DNA of 64,000 bases from the NCBI RefSeq assembly GCF_006345805.1, contig NC_043006.1, positions 35,650,001 to 35,714,000 of the forward strand. The letters are read 5' to 3'. A program made the translations under genes and the position numbers. The notes beneath the pieces are model-generated. The model had not been told where the DNA came from and searched no databases. It saw nothing but the letters and a program-made list of their open reading frames with translations. The stretch is from Octopus sinensis (lineage: Eukaryota). Positions 39,994-55,510 of the stretch are shown here, one piece after another (the stretch's first letter is position 1; the number at the start of each line of letters is the position of its first letter).

Positions 39994-40829
39994 CATGTGT
40001 ACCACGTAAATCTATAAATAACCATTTCGATGGCACTTTTTTCTTAACTTTGCTTCATTCTTATCTAACCAAAATATTTACCATGTAATATATATGCGTG
40101 TGTATGTATGTGTGTGTGTGTGTGTGTGTGTGTTGTGAACGTGTGTGTGAGTGCATGTGTGTGTATGTATCTATACATGTATAGACATACTTTACCTATG
40201 TAACTGATGAAAGATTGGGTATGTCATTATTTAAATATTCAAATATTTAGTATTTTGGAAAGTCAAATTAAGAATATTATTACCAATTTTTAATTTAAAT
40301 TCATAAGATCCACAACGATTTTAATCACTCTATACGGTTTATGATAGTTTCAATGACGCCCTAAAATTGAAATAAAAAATATGTATGTATACATATATAT
40401 ACATATGTGTATATACATCACATTTACATCCACATAACTATAGAAATACGTATTCTAGCATATTCGAGAAGGTAGTTCAAGGTGATAGAGCTTATACTGT
40501 ATATAACTGATGACGTCACATTTCTAGTATACAATATATAATTTTCACATAAATTCTCACGTATTTAACTTCAGAATACTCTTCTAATATACTGGAATCG
40601 AATTGTTCATATACACAATTTAGGTCGTGCAAGTAGCCTACAGACAAATTCTTCTACCTCAAAATAATTTCATGCAATTAAAGGCTCACATGTATGTATA
40701 TATTCATACATATATACAAACACACACACACACACACACATATATATATTTATGTATATATCTGTACACATTTCGGTGTGTCTATGTGTGCGTGCGCGTG
40801 CATGTACGCGCGTATGTGTGTGCACGTAT

Positions 40830-40889
<60 letters not shown>

Positions 40890-41369
40890 ATATATGTATA
40901 TATATGTATGTATTATGTATTTATGTATGTATACATAATATATTAACGCTGCTGAGTTCTCTAACTATTGTGTTTAGTGTAGTACATGCATCTGGTGACA
41001 AAAGCCACATTATTGCCTTGCTATTAAATTATGAGTTATATTCCATGTATTTCATTCATATCCAATGAAATATTTAGTTAACTCTAGATACACATTTGAA
41101 ATATCGCGGGGCGTCGTAGCTAGTATTTGTTTTATCAAATTCAAGCGTTAAAAAACTTACCTAGAAAGTTATTGGACTTGCAAAAATCGTGCAAGACGTA
41201 TCTTATTACTGCTCATTAAAAAGCAGTTTCTTGCTAGCAAAGAGTAATTAACAAGTAGGTAACTGAAAATAATGCAGGCGCATGCAGTCCAAGCAATCGG
41301 AGATATCAATTCCTCGTTGAGGCCAGGTTTCTTTGCATAGCATATATCGTAGACTTGTTCCCGTCATTG

Positions 41370-41725
41370 GATTGCGTCATGCCGTAATAAACCCTTGGAG
41401 GGTTTAGTCGAACAAATTGACACCATTAATTATGTTAGTTATTTTATCAATCTATTTTGCTAAACCACTAAGCTATAGATTGTAAACTAAGTAATATCGT
41501 TTGTCCCGCAGAAATGAGGAACAACACAAATACAAAGACACATACAGATACATAAGTATGTATTTGCATGTATATATATATATATATATCACCATTTCCG
41601 TCGACCAAATTCATACAAAAGGCATTGTGCGGCCCACGGGCTATAGTAGATTTCACTTGCCTAACGTGCCGCGCAGTGGGATTGCACCTGAAACTACATG
41701 GTTGCAAATCAATCTTCACCACTGA
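41370..41725 (-). mobile_element. CORE-like (OR1-type) SINE, degenerate
   Basis: GGCTATAGTAGATTTCACTTGCCTAACGTGCCGCGCAGTGGGATTGCACC matches the 335-710 family. Confidence 0.7.
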
Positions 41726-42725
41726 GTTTGCTTGCGCTTACACTTGAGAATTTGCTCTAGAAAACACTTGAATGAGGAATGCAATTTTATCATTCTGTAC
41801 GATTCTGTCTCGAGAATATCAACTTAATAGCATAAAAGTAATAACTATGGCAGATTTAAGAGAAAAGTAGCCTGATGAGAGAAGATTAATTCTTACAAGC
41901 GATAGCCAGTTGAATATATTTTAATTATGTTAATTAATACAGCTGAGAAAAAACATGCGTCAAATGTTACGTTTTTCTCTTTCTTGTGAATTTGGAAACT
42001 GGATACAAAGCTAAATTCATTGATGAACAAGGCTAGACTTTTAAAACCTAATCAGCACATAATGCGTGCCCCTGGTAGCTAACTATTACAGGGGAGTCAA
42101 TCACATATAGATAAAATTAAGTTCAGGCAGATTTGAAAATTTGGAATTTATATCAAAGATGGTGTATAGAGCATGCACAGTTTTTTTTTTTTTTTTTTTG
42201 TGTGCATATTATATACGTTGCTAGCCAAGTGTTGCGCTATTTCATCCATCTTTGAAATCTTTAGCATGACATGACTTGAAACAAATAAAATAAGCTAAAT
42301 TCGACATTTTAGGAAGAACGTTTATAGAAAGAACATAGATTATAGTTTAAAAGGTAGAAATTAATTTCAAAGCACAGTACAAAAAAAAAAAAATTTTTGA
42401 AGATTGCATCGAGGTATGACTACAGTTTTAACAGGGTCTTCACATGAATTATAATTATAAACGTGGAAAAAATAAAATTTAAAAATTACAAAGCAAATAA
42501 TAAGAGAGAACACATGAAATTTTAAAAATATTGCTTGCGTCTTTTGTTTCCTTGTAGCAAAAATAACATTTAACTATTTAGGGGCTGAGGAACTAAATAA
42601 TACCTTCAAATTAATGTCATCAGTTGCATAATTATCGAAATTCAGTATACATATATATATATATAAATAAATGTGTATGAATATATATATATTCATACAT
42701 ACATATATTTATATACATATATATG

Positions 42726-42761
<36 letters not shown>

Positions 42762-43860
42762 CAAAAATATATATGTATATATATACTTATATACACACAC
42801 ATATATATAGTATATATATGTATGTATGTATATGCATGTATATATATGGCTATAAATATATGTACTTATATATTTATTTATGCATGAATGAATTTATACA
42901 TGCATGTATGTATATATGTATGTATATATTTATATAGATATTTCAATACATTTTTAAGATACAAATAGACGAATATATATCTATGTCAGGATATACACGA
43001 AAAGTCTGTGAGTGACCAACACAAAATTTTGACTAATATATTTGGAGTACTTCTTAAAACAAACATTAATATTTATTAAATCAATCATACCAAATATAAA
43101 AATGCCTTTTTAAGAAATGGGTCACTTTATAATTTTCTTCTAATTATCAGCGACTTCTCAATTCGTACATTTGGTTAGCTTCAGGGACAATAGTTTAAGA
43201 GATCTGTAAATTAGAGCTATGGGGGTGTCAAGAAGACATAAGCTTTTAAAACAAACCAATTTGGCAGAATCCATCACCGCTTTCCATACCCTACTCATGA
43301 AATGGGTCGGTGCCAGTATTTCACTATAACTCATGGCATTAATGGAAGTTTTACAATAGTACTGATGTATTTCATCATCAGAATAAGTAAGGGGAAGAAG
43401 TTTAGAAATAGGTGATTGATTTGTCAGTTGTAAAAAGATTTGCCCCGGACACAGGGAAGCCTGCACTCGTGATGGAAAACGAACGATAGCCATTTTGTGT
43501 GCTTGTACGGTACACTATCGATTCTGCCAGATACAACTCTCTCTGTTCAATGTTTATGCGTGATTATCTACTCGCATGTGTAAGTGTGCGTCCATGTGTG
43601 TGTGTGTGCGTGTGTTTGTGTGCGTGCGTGTATGTGTGTGCGTGTGTTTATGTTAATCTGTTTTTCCTCAAATATAAAAAAAAATAATTTTTATTAAATA
43701 AACGATAGAGTAAAGATATATATAGAAAGATTTTGAAAGTTGAAGAAGTAAATTACAACACACATATATGTATGCACACAAGCACACACACACACACACA
43801 CAACACATATATATATATATACAATATATATGTAAATATATATGTGTATATTTATGTATG

Positions 43861-43930
<70 letters not shown>

Positions 43931-44139
43931 ACTATATGTATATCTATATGCGTGTTTGTGTGTGTGTATGCATAAGTGCGTACACGTATGCATGTATGGT
44001 GTGCGTTCATACTGTCTAGACGGTTGAAGGACACTTTTTCTGAATGGTATAAGATGCTACAATGTTGTCTTCGGCATATATATGTGGTGTGTGTGTGAGA
44101 GAGAGAGAGAGAAGAGAGAGAGGTTGTGTGCGCGTGTAT

Positions 44140-44200
<61 letters not shown>

Positions 44201-44607
44201 ATACATGTATGTATATATGTATGCATATATATATATTACATATATACATATTATATATTATTTTTATATGTATATATAAACATATATGCACTGTAAATGA
44301 ATTTACGTGAACAAAAGTAGTTTACATAATGCAAGTCCAGTGTAAAATCTGTAAATTAAATTAGACGATATCACTTAAAATATTGTTACTAATGACTTTG
44401 CGTCTGAATTGATAATCCTGTGAACCTTTGCATGATATCTCACGAGCAAACTGACATAAATGTATATTTTTTACGCATATGTTTGTACGAGACTACGTTC
44501 GTAGAACATGTCTGGTGTTATATCGTCCGAAGATTCCACCTATATATTTTAGTCAATATATTGCCTTTACATATACATACAAGCAGACATACATAAATAC
44601 ATACATA

Positions 44608-44664
<57 letters not shown>

Positions 44665-47318
44665 AGATGTGTGCCTGTCTGTGTATGTATATGTAAGTGT
44701 TTATGTAACATAAACATATCTGTGTAAATATAAATGTATATCGAAATATATATACATTCATGTATATATATATGTGTGTGTGAGTGTGTGTGTGTGCGTG
44801 TGTGTGCGTGCGTGTGTGTGTGTGTGTGGTGTAATTATAGATATATACATATATATATATACATACATATGGAGAGACAGACAGACAGACAGAATAGACA
44901 GACCGACTGAGACAGTGAGAAATGTATTTTAATGCATAAGTGTCCTGGGGTTGCTTGCAAATTTTGCAATGCAGGGATGAAGGGAAATGTGAAATCTTTA
45001 AAGTATAAAGAAATATGAAAACAAAAATATTGAACAAATGGTGATAAACAAACGTAGAATCAAGAAATTTTCTGAAAAAAAGGGAAAAAACCGAAAACCC
45101 AGCAAAAATAATCACAAATATCTTATATAGTTCTTAGATTGAAGAGTGGTATAAATCTCCGTCGTTCTTACTGCATGTATGTAGTGAATCTGTAGAAAGA
45201 TTCCTGAAAATCGTAGTTCTTGAAGTAGGATGGAATTCTGTTTAGCGAATAAACATTAGTCCAGCATAGACAGTACATCGTTGAACATTTTCTTGCATGA
45301 AATAATTCTATAGGTGTTTTCTATATTAACAAAACAAAAAAAATGATAAAGAAAAAATATTGTCAGGAGTTCTTCCGTTTTTCCTTTGTTGTTTGGGTTT
45401 TTTTTTAATTTCGTTTTTATATCCTGTTTTAGTTTTTCATCTCCAGTCCCTATGGTTGATACTCTCATTCAGGATGACAGATATAATCTGTTACCCGTTT
45501 TAAAACCACCATTTGGCCCACTAGGCTACCTTTAAGTGCATCCACTCCGTTTCGAGTATTCGGATCAGGTCCTGGGTCTTCTTCTTTAGTCTCAAAGGTC
45601 CTGGAAAATGTCATAGGTGTTGCCCTTCCTCCTGTGACTAACACGTTAGTAAGCCAAAAGAATTCCAGCCCTCCGAAAGTGAGAGTTTAAACTGAGAGGA
45701 CATATTTGATTAAACGTGTTGAAATGTTAATACAATTTTTGAAGTATAAGAGATCGGGGCAACCTGATGGATTGACTGATTACGTGTGGAGAGATGAATG
45801 TATTGACATTGCAAAAAATGACGCAGCTGTGAATGGGTTTGTAGATGAGTGAATATTGATTTCCCTGTGTGGATTGATAGATTGTGAGAGGAGTAAAGTG
45901 GAACATGGCTCGGCAGATAAACGAATTGATTAATGGGCGAATAGTAGGATGTATGGATATAACCATCTGTGAATGAATAGATGGATGGAGTAATACTTTC
46001 TTAGTAGAACGAATGTAACAAAGAATGTATTGAGGGACGAATGTATTGATAGGCATGAAAGGACTGATGTATCAATGGATGAAAAAAGTGTTGTATGGAT
46101 ATGTCACAGTTTATTTTAAAATCAAAAGAGAAAATGAACGCTAAAAATTTACGAAAGAACTTAAACGAGAAATCTGAAGAAATACAACAGGAAGTTTATG
46201 TGATTACCAAAAGTTGACGCAACAAGTATTGTTGAAAGAAAATGAGCTGCTGGAGAATCAAATCCGCAAATCTGGGTTCCATTCCTTACTGAATCTCCTT
46301 TATTTCACGCTACACTGCTAATGCCCTGGAAATATGGCTGAATGCCATGACTTTCAGATTTTCCTTCTCTTCAAATATTTAAGTATTTGTGAAAGTCAAA
46401 ATTGATTTTAAAATGTACATTAAAAATGATGGGGCAAGCGGGGTTGAGAAAGAGATATAATACAGAAGACTAGAATGTCCAGTCTGGGTTTAGATTCTTG
46501 TTTGACGCCTATTAATTTCACTTTAAAAAGCTGAAGCTCCGTGGATGAAGAACGCCATCGACACACAATGTTAATAAATGCCTCTTCTATAAAGTTTGAG
46601 TGTAATGCCTGTACAAATAGCGAACTATACAAAGTGATTCCAAATCGATGAGTTGGCATCATCTTCCGAGGTTTACGATTATAAATGCCGATGTTTCTCG
46701 AATTTGAATTCCAACTTGATTGAAAGCAAAACGAATTTCATGCCTAAGACATTCTTTTATAAGAAAATCAAATGAAAAAGATAAACACTTGTAAAAATAA
46801 CTGCGATTGTTTCAGCAAAGTATACGACTCTCTACATAGAGCTGGCCTAATAAAGGGAAAATATCTGCACTGAAGGTTGAAGCAGCAATATGTATACATA
46901 CATACTCACATATATACATATATATATATATACATATTATAAAAGTTAAAAGTTATGTTAGACGAATGAGAAAAATCATCTAAAATTTCAAAGCATCAGA
47001 CCAGTAAAATTACTGGTGTTGTTTCGGTTAAACTTACACCACCTTTTAAAAACTGGACAGGTCGCATATTCAAAACGAAAATCAATGTGTTTAGAAATGC
47101 AAATAATGTATATATAAAAAAAAGAAAACCGAAAAAAGCGACAAGGATAAAACATAATATTCCTGAAAAATAATACCGAAATTGTATCAAAGCTCAGAAA
47201 AAAAAGATATCAGATTTCTAACTGAAAATGGCGAAGTTTTGTTTCTTTTCTATAATTATTTGTATTATACTTTTGTTTTCTTTTTGTTCATATCATATTA
47301 TTATTATTATTATTATTA

Positions 47319-47379
<61 letters not shown>

Positions 47380-47829
47380 GATATGTTTTATGACTCCGAC
47401 AACATAGTAAAGTGTAGATTACGTAAAAAAGAAAGACACACACAAACACGTCCCATTCACCTTATATTAGTTTCTCCAATCTACGAATTAAAAAAAAAAT
47501 GGAGGACTATATACTCTTTATCATATTCCAACATCGGACCTCAAAAAACATTTTCAATGCTTCCATTATGAAAAACGAAATAAAGTAACGACTAAAATAA
47601 AAATAATAAATGGACTCAGAATGCTTAAATTTGTTTCTTTATTACAGGAATACATACACTGCATGCATAAATATCATACAGCATGATGTATATACACATG
47701 CAAAAACACTAATCTTAATCTGAATGTATATATGTATCTGTGCATGTATGTATGCATAGATGTATGAATATACATATATATACATATATACATACATTTC
47801 TTAAGCATCTGCATGATGTATATGTGTGT

Positions 47830-47874
<45 letters not shown>

Positions 47875-48122
47875 CGCCAGAACTGAAGCAAAAATCAATT
47901 TATCTTCTTATCTTTCAAACAGAACAAAATAATAAACTTCATTAGATCAGGTTACAGAGGATAGGATTGTTACTGGAAACAATTTAGAAAGGAATCAGCA
48001 ATGTTAACGCGAATTCCCAAAGGATGCTGGTTCTTTTTGCAGAGAACACTACGTAAATTGACAAGAACACTATGTAGATTGATATTCGAAATAAACATAA
48101 TACGTGTTTGAATATACTTATA

Positions 48123-48173
<51 letters not shown>

Positions 48174-49021
48174 ATAGAAACTTATGTACATATATATATA
48201 TATATATATATATAGGCATATACATGTTACATATGTGTACACACTTGATCTCTCTGGATACACACACACACACACAAATATATATATATAGATGCAGGTA
48301 TGTATATAATAAAAAATTCATGTTCGATTAAGAATATAGTAAGTTTGCATCGCTTATTAAAAATTTGTAGTATAATCTAAAATATAGAGGTGAAATAATG
48401 CCAACCACGAATCCTTAGTCGCTTTTACTAATACTTTCTTGCCATGAAGCCATTTAAAAAGGCGACATTAATTCAGATGTATTTTGAAAAATATATTTTG
48501 AAGATATGTTGAAAATCAATAAACTACTTCGACTTACTGTACGATACACAATTCTTCGAGTAGTGAAATGCAGACACTCCGAGAACCATCTAATATGTAA
48601 CCAGATCATTTTTTGAAATGGCACAAAAATATATATATTTCTTGACAAAACTTCCACGTTTAAAAGTAAGAAGCTTGTCATATTACTTGTTTCAAATCTT
48701 CCTTTTCTGCTTTGAATTAATTCATTTTATTTGTCTCCCGTTTCAAATATGTTACTTTTCACTCTCAATTTGCTTGTATATATGTCCTTAACGATTTAAT
48801 ATTTTCGTTCAGTAATTGAATTTCCCGTTTACGCATTATATCATAATATTCTAAAGGGAAATAATTAGCTCTTTTACCATCAATTCGTATGTATAAACGA
48901 AAGCAAAAAATGATACTTACCTTATAAAACATCACTGAAGAATTCTGGTTTGGCGCAAAGGTTTCTATGGCAATAACAAATATAAATGAGTGAATGGTAT
49001 GTACTTACAACTACTATGATC

Positions 49022-49080
<59 letters not shown>

Positions 49081-49083
<3 letters not shown>

Positions 49084-49330
49084 AGAATACACAAAAAAAC
49101 AAAAGGCAAAGGCAGGTGGTGTAATCAACAAACAGATGTATTAGATTAACGCTCGGAAAGTGAAAAAATCTTTAAACGTTTCGGGCCAAAGCTCTGCCAC
49201 AGAACGGAACACAGAAAGAAACAAGGAGAGAAAGTAAAGAATGTGTAGTGGCAAGCAATCTATCATGGCGAATGCTGGACATAGTGGTCACCCAGGACAG
49301 CTAGGAAGAAGGGGAGATAATAAGTAGTGG
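49081..49330 (+). mobile_element. Penelope-like terminal-repeat remnant after (TA)n
   Basis: GGGAGAATACACAAAAAAACAAAAGGCAAAGGCAGGTGGTG... matches 63237-63420 and the arms of 33354-33892. Confidence 0.65.
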
Positions 49331-49391
49331 TGATCCCAAAAGGACGTGCGCATGCGAGTGTATATATATATATATATGCATATATATATAT

Positions 49392-49439
<48 letters not shown>

Positions 49440-50269
49440 GCAATATATGTGCATATTGCATTCATAAAACTCGGAGGAATGCGAGTAGGAATAGGCCGAA
49501 CCAACATTGCATATCTATATATATATATATATGTATATATATGTGTGTGTATATATGTATATATATATATGTGTGTGTGTGGTTGTGCATATATATATAT
49601 GTGTGTATGTATGTATAGTAAATCCAAAAAAAGGAAGAACAAACACAACGAAAACAATAACAACGCGAGGACGTGGTACATATAAAGTATTAGCTGACTC
49701 TCTGGGAAGGAAAGTTTGTTTAACGTTTTGCGCAACGCTCTTCTTCATAAACAGAGGAAAGTCCAATAGAAGAAAGAAAGTCGCCAACGATTCACTTGTG
49801 GTTACATTTTGAAAATATATGTATATGCTTAGGTATGTTTGTGTGTTTTATAACTTGGGATAGAATGCATTACAATATTTGTTCTGATTCATGCAAATAC
49901 TCCCGTAGTCAACTTCAGAACTCATTCTTCCGGGATCAAGGAGAGTATACTCATCGAAGGTGCTGGACTGGTGAACCTTTAAGAACGTTAAACCGAAAGC
50001 CTAGCGTATTTATTTCGTTCCTTCGCATTCTGAGTTCAAATACCGCCATTACTTGCAGAGATTCTGGATTTTAACCAGTGCCCCTTTTAATAATATCGTC
50101 TGCTACATTTGATGTATAGTGCGACGTTCTTTCTGTTACACACTTTTAGGTCAGGCTTCTACTTTCATTATATTCCTATCCTTTCCTTATCCCCATCAGT
50201 TTCTTATTCTCGGAGGACCTGCAAGTAACAGAGAAACTGCTTCACTTCCTGACTAAAACGAATACATAC

Positions 50270-50344
<75 letters not shown>

Positions 50345-51254
50345 TGAGTGCCTTCAGCGCAGTTTTAAGAGTTTTAACCTTTATTTCTTGCAATATAGAT
50401 GCATATATATATATATATATATTGTACCTAGCTGCTTGTATCAAACATATACCCAATTTTCAGACTATTTGTGGCCATCGTCATAGGACAACACCTGGCC
50501 GCTAGAGATAGCAGGAATTCGCGACACATCGCAATATATAGAAAGCAGACGAAAATTAGTCATTGATTTGGCAACAAGCAACGTCAGAAACCATTTGGTG
50601 TGCTGTTCTCGACGTCTGCTGGAAGTTGTTATGGGTTCGCTCCCCTGCTTGCAATATAGAGTGGTGCAGATTGTAAGGATAACCAGCTGGAGGAGGCTAT
50701 TTCTGGGGTTAAAAGCGGTTGCAGCAGCAAAGAGTCATATTGATGCGGTGACCAATATTACTTCTGTCTCTCACTCTGTCTCTCTTTTCCTCTGTCTCTC
50801 TCTCATTCTCTCTCTCCCTTATCAAAATTTTCAAATCTGTTCTGAACGGATATAACAGCAATAATATAACAACCAGTTAATGATGTGGATTAATAAATAT
50901 AAACATGTTACAGAGTATCGATACGCCTGGCAGACTGTGATGTTTAAGAACATGCAGATTGATCAAAAAGGTATTCTGAAAATTCAGCTCGTTGAAGCGT
51001 TCTAAGAGGTACTAAAGTGGGTCAAGAACTCAACTGTCAGTTAAACACATTTGAAATATGGTGAGTACATTATGTATGAAAGCGCTAATTTTGTTAAAAT
51101 ATGCTTTAACTTCATTCAACTTATATATATATATATATATATAGTTGAAATTTACAGATAAACAAAAGCCGAAGACAGGTGTATAAACAACAAACAGGTG
51201 TTTTAGTTTAACGCTCAGGAAGATGAGAATTTGTTTTACATTTCGAGCCTACGC

Positions 51255-51292
<38 letters not shown>

Positions 51293-51297
51293 CATAT

Positions 51298-52088
51298 GGA
51301 AAAATGGGGATACTCTGAAATTACCATAGGATCTTCCGTCGTGCGACTCCCTAGTGTCATCCAACACCCGAGACCTTGGAGTAATTGTTGATAATAATTT
51401 AAGTTGGATTTTCCACGTAAAACAGCAAGGTTGACTTGGCCTGCAAGATGTGCTCCTGGATGTTGAGAACTTTCCGGTCTCTAGATGCCAACACTATCAT
51501 CCTCCTCTACTCTACTTTTCCCCGACCCCACCTTGAATACTGTTGACCATTGTGGTCTCCCTATACGAAGCAATTCGGTATGAAAGGGGAAGCACTCCAG
51601 AGGTCAATAACAAGAAAGATAAACGGCATGAGAGGTATTGACTATTGGGGTCGACTAAAAAAACTCACTCTCTACTCTCTCCAACGCCGCCGAGAGCCCT
51701 ACATCATCTGTGTGAAGTGGAAAATTTCCATCAATATTGCACAAATGATGTTGGTATCAATTTTAAAATCCCTCCTAAACTTGGCTCCCATGCTGTCGGC
51801 TCGTTACAAAAATTGAACTTAGAACACATAGTAAGATTATGTCACAATCATTACTTTATATCAACCAGTCCAGCTCTCTTTAATACCATACCAAAATAGT
51901 TCACTAGACAAATTTCTTCAAAATTTCCGGACCAACCTCCTACACCCGGATATGACTCCAACACTAATAGCTCTTTGCTAGAGTGGTCCATGGGGTCCCA
52001 TGTATGACTAAAATACCACCAGGTGGTGCTCTTAAGTTGGGTATGGCCTGGGCCTATACTGGCCGAAACCTATCAAAGTTATCAAACA
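51298..52088 (+). mobile_element. Older degenerate 3' fragment of the same CR1/L2-group LINE as 4433-6750
   Basis: Collinear with about 5920-6745, for example GAGACCTTGGAGTAATTGT, CCGACCCCACCTTGAATACTG, GACTATTGGGGTCGACT and the 3' end TGGCCGAAACCTATCAAAGT. It carries stops and frameshifts. Confidence 0.92.
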
Positions 52089-52221
52089 TAAGTTATTAAT
52101 AGAAGATGGATTTTGTAGTAGAAAATTAGAAAGTATGTTTACCGAAAGAATGCATGACAACAGGTTGCCTAAACTGTGCCGGTGCTCAGCGTTTAAACAC
52201 ACTAATATCGGTTTCACCTGT

Positions 52222-52292
<71 letters not shown>

Positions 52293-52310
52293 TATATATG
52301 TATATATATG

Positions 52311-52343
<33 letters not shown>

Positions 52344-52379
52344 CATACATATATGTACGAATATTTATGTGTATATTTT

Positions 52380-52485
52380 CTCTCTGTTTATTTATTTGTT
52401 CCTTTCTGTTGAAGAGCGTAGGCTCAAAACGTAAAAGGCTTTGTTACTTCCCGAGCGTAAACTAATACATCTGTTTGTTACTGTT
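52380..52485 (-). mobile_element. Penelope-like terminal-repeat remnant, inverted relative to 51145-51253
   Basis: CCTTTCTGTTGAAGAGCGTAGGCTCAAAACGTAAAAGG...CCCGAGCG.AAACTAATACATCTGTTTGTT. Confidence 0.65.
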
Positions 52486-52488
52486 TGT

Positions 52489-52539
<51 letters not shown>

Positions 52540-52554
52540 ATATATATATATTGT

Positions 52555-52623
<69 letters not shown>

Positions 52624-52657
52624 CATATATATATATGTATATATATATTTATATATG

Positions 52658-52705
<48 letters not shown>

Positions 52706-53965
52706 CATATACATATATACATATACATATATATTATATATATATATATTCATACATATATATATACATAATTATGTATGTATTTATCAATTTTGTATGA
52801 GTTACTTTGATTTCGTTTGGAACATTAAGTAAATTCTCACTATATATATATATGCATGTATGTACGTATATTTATGTATATATGTATATAAATGTGTGTA
52901 TGTGTATGTACGTATATTTATGCGTGTATATATATAATATATATATATATATACACATATACGGAATGCTACTGCATAAGTGACGATGGCATTGTTATTT
53001 GTTAGCTATTACGAGGAATGTCTCCCAATTCAAAGGACGTAAATATTCTTCAGTAATGATATATACACGGAGAGACAGAGAGATAGTGAAAAAGACGAGA
53101 GTTTAATGATGATAATATGTTTTCAGTTTATATTTGGGAGTGTTCAGAAATGCAAACCACCTTAAGTGCTTTCTGATTTCAATAGCAAAACTACAAAACT
53201 AACAGCACCGCGCATTGCAGATCACTGAAGCCTTCTGGCATTTTATTGTCTACTTTATTATACTTAGAAACCATAGATTGATAATATGAAAAGTTTAAAC
53301 TTTTCACCAAGGGGATTATAGCTCTTAGAACAAGAACCTTAGCAGTATGATACCAGCAGTAATAGGCGCGCGGGGTCGAATTTTAAATTAGTTCGTATTC
53401 TGTCTTACACAATAATACATTTATGCATCAACACAATACACAAATCTGCAATATTTACAATGAGTCTCATCCCTCTTCAAAAGAATTGTATTTCTCTGGA
53501 GATTTGAGACTTGTTTATAAGAGGCTTTATATATATATAGATTTCACTCAGAAATGCATAGAATGTATTTACAACTAATCGGGACGAAAATATCTTCAAT
53601 ATTAATAATGATACTAACTGCTAAATATCAAAGTCTTCATGTTGATATTTAATAATGCATAATATTACGATATGAGACACTAAAAGTACATACGACATTG
53701 TCATAAGACTGAAGTCATCCAAGGTGATCCTTGTTTTAAATTCATGACATTAGTGCTTTGCTGTAAGTATACAAATGTGCCTAAGAAATTAACCCTACAA
53801 CAACGTGGGCCTCGTTCAAACCAGCTACTTGTTAAATTTGGCAAGCGTGGTATCTATTGTTGTTTTGCGTTGACATATATACTGTGACCAGAATAGGGCC
53901 GATGGAAAACGTACAGACGTTATTAATATACACAGATACATGTACATAAGTGTGTGTGTGTCTGT

Positions 53966-54002
<37 letters not shown>

Positions 54003-54247
54003 CGTGTGCTTCTGTGAGTGTGTAATTGTATGTGAGTGTTGAAAGTAATTATGTCAATGACTAGGCGGCAGAAGTGCGATAACACTTTTTGATATTTCCT
54101 AATATACTGTAAAGACAATGATTGCTCACAATAATGGGAGATTATTTCACAAGAGGTCATCTGGTGAATTTGACTTCCTGATTCAGCGGTGAGAAAAAAA
54201 ACTGTTCTTCCAGCTTTCAATGATATCTTGTAAATCCATAAGAAGCT

Positions 54248-54405
54248 TCGTCTGTCTTTACGTTCTGAGTTAAAATTCCGCCGAGGTCGGCTTGCCTTCT
54301 CTCCTTTTGGTGTTGATAAAATACGTAGCATCTGAACCCTAATTGACTTAACCTTTCCCCAAAATCGCTGTCCTTGAGCTATAATTTCAAACCTAGATAC
54401 AGGAA
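54248..54405 (+). mobile_element. Meta-like SINE, 5'-truncated
   Basis: ACGTTCTGAGTTAAAATTCCGCCGAGGTCGGCTTGCCTTCT. Confidence 0.8.
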
Positions 54406-54420
54406 GTGTTCCGAACAATG

Positions 54421-54770
54421 GTTAAGAATACGAAATCCACTGGGATAATAGTTCCACGCGCTTTCTTTACCAAATATACCATCCCATAGTCAATTATCTG
54501 TTCCTATTTTTGCGTTGAAATTTCCTACGAGTACAAGTTTGTTGTTTGTTGGAATTTTTCAAAATGGTGTTACTCAGTTTTGGATAAAATTAGCGTCACA
54601 TCTTCTTCAATATCTAGAGTTAAAGCAAAAGCTGAAATGAATGTAAAATTAAAGTTATCTTGAGACAATGGTACACGAAGAGAGGCATAAGTTGTTCATT
54701 TAGACCAATAATAGAGAGAAGGTTCCGTACATTCTAGGGTTTACTTCCGGCTGTTCAATTCTCGCAACGT
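54421..54770 (-). mobile_element. Decayed RTE-clade LINE AP-endonuclease fragment
   Basis: Minus strand: ...NVR..., RVPLSQDNF.FTFISAFALTLD, and KLVLVGNFNAKIGTDN*LWDGIFGKESAWNYYPSGFRILN. These correspond to the WNVRT, SAYAPT and LGDFNA motifs. Confidence 0.78.
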
Positions 54771-55379
54771 CACGATACCTTTTACCATATATAGCTGGGA
54801 CGGTGGCTATATTGAAAGGCAGTATACAAACTTTATTTTATCTGATATCAAAATTGAGAAATTGAAAGCATATGATACAAAAACGAATGAAATACATTGC
54901 ACTATAACTAGTTTTCACAATGCTATATATTGAAATTATAATTTTATGCAAAATCGATTAATGTTGCTGATTAAATACGAAGGACATGATTTGTCTGAGA
55001 TCTATTTGCATGTCCAGATTTACAAGGTCATAAAAAGGTAGTGTCTAAATACTTCATTCACCGAACATGAAAATCCACATTCGCCGTTTGTACTGTGATA
55101 GACACCTCTGTTTTTCTCCGACCAAAATATTCCCCGGAAGGAAATAAAGAAACAATAGAAAAATAAATTAACCTCAAAATAGGAACAGAATGCGTTGTAT
55201 GAGAATATAAACACTACCAATTGTAAATGATACACTGGATAACATAAAAGGCAACTGTGAACTAAATCATAATTATATTTTGCAAACGAATCCATAAATA
55301 GCCCGACCAGACACAGCAAAGCTTCTACGTAAGACACATTTGTAACAGAACACACGCAGATCAATAATCATCATCATCA

Positions 55380-55510
55380 GGTGGCAGAATATTTAGCACG
55401 CCGGATAAAACGCTTAGCGCCATTTTTCCCGTCTTCACGTTCTGTGTTCACCCCATCCCCCAAAGTTGCTGGACTTGTGCCAAAATTATTATTATATTAT
55501 TATTATTATT
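55380..55510 (+). mobile_element. Internally deleted Meta-like SINE with (ATT)n tail
   Basis: GGTGGCAGAATATTTAGCACGCCGGATAAAACGCTTAGCG...GGACTTGTGCCAAAATTATTATT. Confidence 0.75.

Noticed and set aside
40511-40518. CRE palindrome TGACGTCA
   Set aside because: A single 8-mer is expected by chance in 64 kb, and there is no promoter context.
53825-54418. 197-aa minus-strand ORF
   Set aside because: It runs through an antisense SINE and a CA microsatellite, with no domain.
54735-54790. Promoter-like cluster (ACTTCCGG, TCTCGC, ACGTCAC)
   Set aside because: It overlaps the start of the decayed RTE endonuclease remnant on the minus strand, which explains the CpG content.
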